64,000 nt of DNA from Scyliorhinus canicula (taxonomy: Eukaryota): assembly GCF_902713615.1 (NCBI RefSeq), contig NC_052161.1, positions 86,840,236 to 86,904,235 of the forward strand, in the 5' to 3' direction. Position 1 is the stretch's first letter. Every line of letters starts with the position of its first letter. The notes under the pieces are model-generated. The model ran no database searches. It had not been told where the DNA came from and saw nothing but the letters and a program-made list of their open reading frames with translations. The position numbers and the translations under genes are program-made. Positions 59,428 through 64,000 of this stretch are shown here, in pieces.

Positions 59428-61088
59428 ATGAGGCCCCTCTTCGCTGTCACGATGCTCGCTACCCTGCTCTCTCTCGCTGCATCCGAAGGAAGAAGATGCC
59501 CGTATGGAAGCCGACGTCCACCCCTGTGCCGAGAAGGAACCCCACGATGTGGAACAACGACAGATCTCCGATGGATCACCACCCCTATCAACACCTGCCC
59601 GACCACCGTTCATCCCGACGACCAGAAGCCCCGATTCCTGACTACGTACATGGTTCTGATCTACGATCGCCGCACATGCCGGTGGAACTACCGGTGCATC
59701 GATAAGAACAGGGTACAAATTTCTGTACCAAGGACTACTCACCCCTACTCGCCTTCCAGAAGGAAGCGGGCAACGCACCATGTAACGGCAAATTCATTTC
59801 TGTTTATGTCCTATGTCTATGCTAAGAAAATGGATGTCTCCTCTTGCTGGGTATGTACACATGTCCCGACCCATGCCCATGGAGGCGTTCCCTTGATATC
59901 TGTTCCTTTCTCAATCGAACAGACGGCTGAATGGGTTATATTCCAGAACAGGACAGTAACTAGTCACTCTGCCTTACCAACCAGGGCCTCCAGGTCCTCC
60001 TCTGTAAACCACAGGGAAGCAGCCCAAGAATGGCTGAGTGCCGGCTACCCTTTGCGGGATTTTTTTGGTTGGCGACAGCCATCTTACTCAGCAGATCACA
60101 CACCCCGTTCTTTAATATCCAGAACCCCAGACCGGAACGGTCTGCTTACTCCGGGAAGTAAGAACTCCTGGAACAAATGTGTTAGGAACCAGTTCATGTA
60201 GGTACACTTTTAGTCTTACTGACTGGAAAGGCCACGCCATCATCAATAACATTGTTAACCACACAGGGGGCCCTGATTGGACTCAAATATGGACCTCCTC
60301 GATGGTAACTAGCCTCACCTCCTATAATGGCACCTACTTCATTTGTGGCCATAGGCTTACCCTGGCTCCCCACTGACTGGGCAGGGTCGTGCTACTTGGG
60401 TTTCGTTGTTCCGGGTACTACACACTATGCCCAGCTCGAACATCATCCCCACTTTCGAGCCCAGAGGTCAATACCACCTTGGGAGGTAGTGACTTCCCTC
60501 TTATGGCCCCAAATAGGCGCCATCTGGTCCCTCCAGAAGTACGCGCTCCTCCGCGACCTATTGGAACAGGTTGCAAATGACACCGCGGAAGGACTTAGTG
60601 AACTCAGTGCAGAGTTGGTAGCCATACGAACGGTAGCCCTACAGAATCGTATGGCCCTGGATTACTTATTGGCCAAAGAAGGGGGGACCTGTGCTATCAT
60701 AGGGACCGAATGTTGCACTTACATTCCAGACAGTTCAGAGAATATCACGCGTCTGGTAACCCATATCAGAGATGGAGTACAGCGCTTGCGACTCGCCGGT
60801 CAGGCTGACTGGTGGAACTGGATGTGGACCAATCCTTGGGCCACTTACCTGTTCCAGGGGCTCATTATCTTCGTTACCATCTGTTTGTTGCTCTGTATCA
60901 TAGCTACTGGTGTGAAATGTCTATGCAACCGTTTGGGTGCTGCTGCATTACCACAGATGCTTCAGAGATCCGCCCTAGACGAAAAGGAAAAACTGGTTCC
61001 ACCTACCCCTGACCTATATGAGGAAGTGGCATCCTGCCGGAGCCTAGTAGAGGAGGAGTACCTCCGCCTCGCTCTCATTTCCATTTAA
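59428..61088 (+). pseudogene. env: ERV-B gamma-type env (two frameshifts at ~60125 and ~60355)
   Basis: Acceptor TTAAGTCTTAG at 59411, signal peptide, RRKR, CWVC, RAQR/SIPP cleavage, LQNRMALDYLL, CAIIGTECC and TM. Confidence 0.9.
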
Positions 61089-61913
61089 AGTATCCTGAGT
61101 GTTATATGATCAAGGAATGATCAAAGGGGGGAATGTAGAAGTGGATTTCATTTGGAACTTAACTGATAGGGTTAATATAACAGTTCTGAAAAGCTCTGTG
61201 AAAGAGATGTCAACAGGTCAAGGGATGAAATAAAGGGAGTGTGTTCTGACCGTATCTGTAAAAGCAAAGATGTCAGAAGGTTATGGGATGGAATATAGGG
61301 AGTGTGGCATTGGTACTAATTAATGTTCTGACCGTATCTGTAAAAGCAAAGATGTCAGAAGGTTATGGGATGGAATATAGGGAGTGTGGCATTGGTACTA
61401 ATTAATGTTCTGACCGAATCTGCAAAAGCAGAGAGGTCAAAAAGGCAAAGAATGGAATGAATGGGAACCGTTACTTTATTGCAGAGATAACATAATTGAG
61501 CTCGTTTGACCAGTTGGAACAAATAAACATTGAAATGTTAAAGGAAGGGCCTTGGAATGAGATAAGCCAGATGGCCATGGGATACAAAAACCTTTGTATT
61601 AATATTAATAGTGACTTGTGCTAATGATTATGTCAAAAATAACCTCCCGACCTCGAAGAATAATTCCATATATGTACATGTTCTGGATCCTTGCCAAATC
61701 ATAGGTGTATCTAGGAATTTAAAGGGACCACCTCTAAGCTGTGATTGTATAAAGAGACAGTCCATATTTTGGACTTTGGCACTTCTCGAAGGTGGTTACC
61801 CGACTGCTTAGAGATTTGTCCCGGCCGTAAATAAACGAATATTCGTTACTGACGTGTTCGAGTGTTTTACTTCTGGACTGACGATCAGATACGTGAAAGC
61901 GCAATTCACACAC

Positions 61914-62413
61914 NNNNNNNNNNNNNNNNNNNNNNNNNNNNNNNNNNNNNNNNNNNNNNNNNNNNNNNNNNNNNNNNNNNNNNNNNNNNNNNNNNNNNNN
62001 NNNNNNNNNNNNNNNNNNNNNNNNNNNNNNNNNNNNNNNNNNNNNNNNNNNNNNNNNNNNNNNNNNNNNNNNNNNNNNNNNNNNNNNNNNNNNNNNNNNN
62101 NNNNNNNNNNNNNNNNNNNNNNNNNNNNNNNNNNNNNNNNNNNNNNNNNNNNNNNNNNNNNNNNNNNNNNNNNNNNNNNNNNNNNNNNNNNNNNNNNNNN
62201 NNNNNNNNNNNNNNNNNNNNNNNNNNNNNNNNNNNNNNNNNNNNNNNNNNNNNNNNNNNNNNNNNNNNNNNNNNNNNNNNNNNNNNNNNNNNNNNNNNNN
62301 NNNNNNNNNNNNNNNNNNNNNNNNNNNNNNNNNNNNNNNNNNNNNNNNNNNNNNNNNNNNNNNNNNNNNNNNNNNNNNNNNNNNNNNNNNNNNNNNNNNN
62401 NNNNNNNNNNNNN
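61914..62413. other. Assembly gap (500 N)
   Basis: Run of N. Confidence 1.
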
Positions 62414-64000
62414 CCCCTCACGTATGTAGCCTCGCGACCCTTAAGGTCGCCCCCTCCCTCGCTCTTCGCGAACCTCACCTCCGACTGTAAACCCGTCGCC
62501 ACCAGGAGCAGGCGGTATAGTGCCCACAATAGGACTTTTTTCAAGTCCGAGGTCCAGCGGTTCTTGAGGGAAGGGACCATCGAGGCCAGTAATAGCCCCT
62601 GGAGAGCCCGAGTGGTGGTCATCAGGACTGGGGAAAAGAACCAGATGGTTGTAGACTATAGCCAGACCATGAATCGGTACACGCACCTCGATGTGTACCC
62701 CCTTCTCCGCATAGCAAACATGGTTAATCAGATTGCACACTACCGGGTTTTCTCTACGGTAGATCTGCATTCCGCATACCATTACGATGCCGCCATGCTA
62801 AAGCTGAATGGACAATTCGTTAAACCAGTCAACAGAGTATTCGCCCGACATCTGCTGGCCACCAGACAACAGCTCCCCGGTGAGTCATTAGACCAATTTT
62901 ACCAGGCCTTCGCAATCCTGGGGAGGAACTGCTCCTGCCTCCCAGTTTCAGCTACGGGGCACATGGAAACTGCCGATCAGAGACGCTTACGTGGCTGGGA
63001 TGCAGTCCCCCGCTATCCGCCAGCGGATGCTGGAGAAAGACGACCTCAGCTTAACTGAGGCACGGACTCTCTCCACCTCCCTGGAGGTCGCCGATCTAAA
63101 CGCCCACGCCTATGTCCCCAGCCGCGCTGCAGCACCCTGGGCCTCCTGGCACGCTTCCCCACCGCCATCCGCCGCTCCCGACCTCCCTCAGGCCTGCGCC
63201 GCGGGACGCCCCGACAAGTCCACGGGGCCCCGCTGCTGCTTTTGTGGGTTCGCGAAACACCCTCGCCTGTGCTGCCCAGCCCGCTCCGCCCTCTGTAAGA
63301 GCTGCGGGAAGAAGGGCCACTTCTCCACTGTCTGCCAGGCCAAAACGGTCGCTGCGGTTCCACGCAGCGACCAGGGATCCCCCCCTCCGGGTCCTTGCTG
63401 GGCCCCTCCTGGACGCCGCGCAACACTCTCCCCCCCCCCCCCCCCGCCCTGGGGCCCCTGCGCCCGACCTGCGCGCCTCTCTCTCCCCCCCGCCCCCGGG
63501 CCCCTGCGCCCGGCCCTGCACGTCTCTCTCTCTCCTCCGGGCCCTCCCGGTCCCCTCCTGGACGCCGCGCAACTTTCCCCTCCCCGCCCCTGGGCCCCCG
63601 CGCCTGGCCTGCCCGCCTCTCTCTCTCCTCCGGGGCCCCTCCAGTGCACTGCGCTACTCTCCGCTCGCCGCCCCCGGGCCCCCGCGCCTGGCCTGTGCGC
63701 CTCTCTGCCCCCGCTCCCAGCCGCTCCGATCAGCCCGCCGGCACCGCTAACCCCGCCCCCAGCTACCACGAGGGCCCCACGGGCGCCGCCATCTTGGGGC
63801 GCCGACTCCACATGTGGGCCCTGGGCGCCGCCATCTTGGGGCCCCGACTTCACGTGAGGGTCCTGGGCGCCGCCATCTTGGGGCCCCGACTCCACGTGCG
63901 GGTCCTGGGCGCCGCCATCTTGGGGCCCCGACTCTCAGTGCGGATCCTGGGCACCACCTTCCGGGACTGGCACGCAAGGTTCTTCCAGCATCTACTCGGA
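62414..64000 (+). mobile_element. Rearranged Gypsy fragments (RT N-terminus joined to mid-Gag), same family as 5641-10847
   Basis: RT ..FSTVDLHSAYH runs into Gag YDAAMLKLNGQFVKPVNRVFARH at ~62783. Two CCHC knuckles and 42-bp repeats follow. Confidence 0.85.

Larger units (their letters stand above)
52350..61910 (+). mobile_element. ERV-B: near-complete epsilon/gamma-type provirus (defective)
   Basis: LTRs 52350-53014 and 61134-61910 (TG..CA), tRNA-Leu PBS, gag-stop-pro-pol, env and PPT AAAGGGGGGAA. Confidence 0.95.

Noticed and set aside
61854-63058. ORFs spanning the N-run
   Set aside because: Artefacts of translating the assembly gap.

Overview
This is eukaryotic, repeat-dense DNA with no prokaryotic features. 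The HE1-like V-SINEs, CR1 LINEs with (TTCTATG)n tails and the 69-bp satellite point to a cartilaginous fish (shark). Almost everything is nested transposable elements and satellites. 1-5.6 kb: stacked L1/Tx1-like fragments, SINEs and Gypsy LTR pieces. 5641-10847: a very young full-length Mag-like Ty3/Gypsy element (LTRs 253/254 identical, 5-bp TSD CCAGA). 25319-29084: an older relative on the minus strand (TSD ATAAT). About 29.6-33 kb: a Gmr1-like Gypsy remnant. There are two related tRNA-Leu-primed epsilon/gamma-type ERVs (35232-46385, heavily disrupted; 52350-61910, near-complete but defective), two CR1 LINEs and three satellite families. The only host-gene signal is a minus-strand Ig-superfamily receptor: a predicted signal-peptide exon (24996-24939) splices in phase 1 to a 369-bp V-set exon (11867-11499) across a 13-kb intron made almost wholly of satellite. 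Best leads: (1) a 2H-phosphoesterase-like domain (two HxT motifs) between protease and RT in the ERV Pol; (2) Gypsy elements with no tRNA PBS, where a co-varying 12-15-nt sequence complementary to the LTR poly(A)-signal region occupies the PBS position and the RT motif is YLDN; (3) the IgSF receptor; (4) an open SU-deleted env ORF in an otherwise dead provirus.
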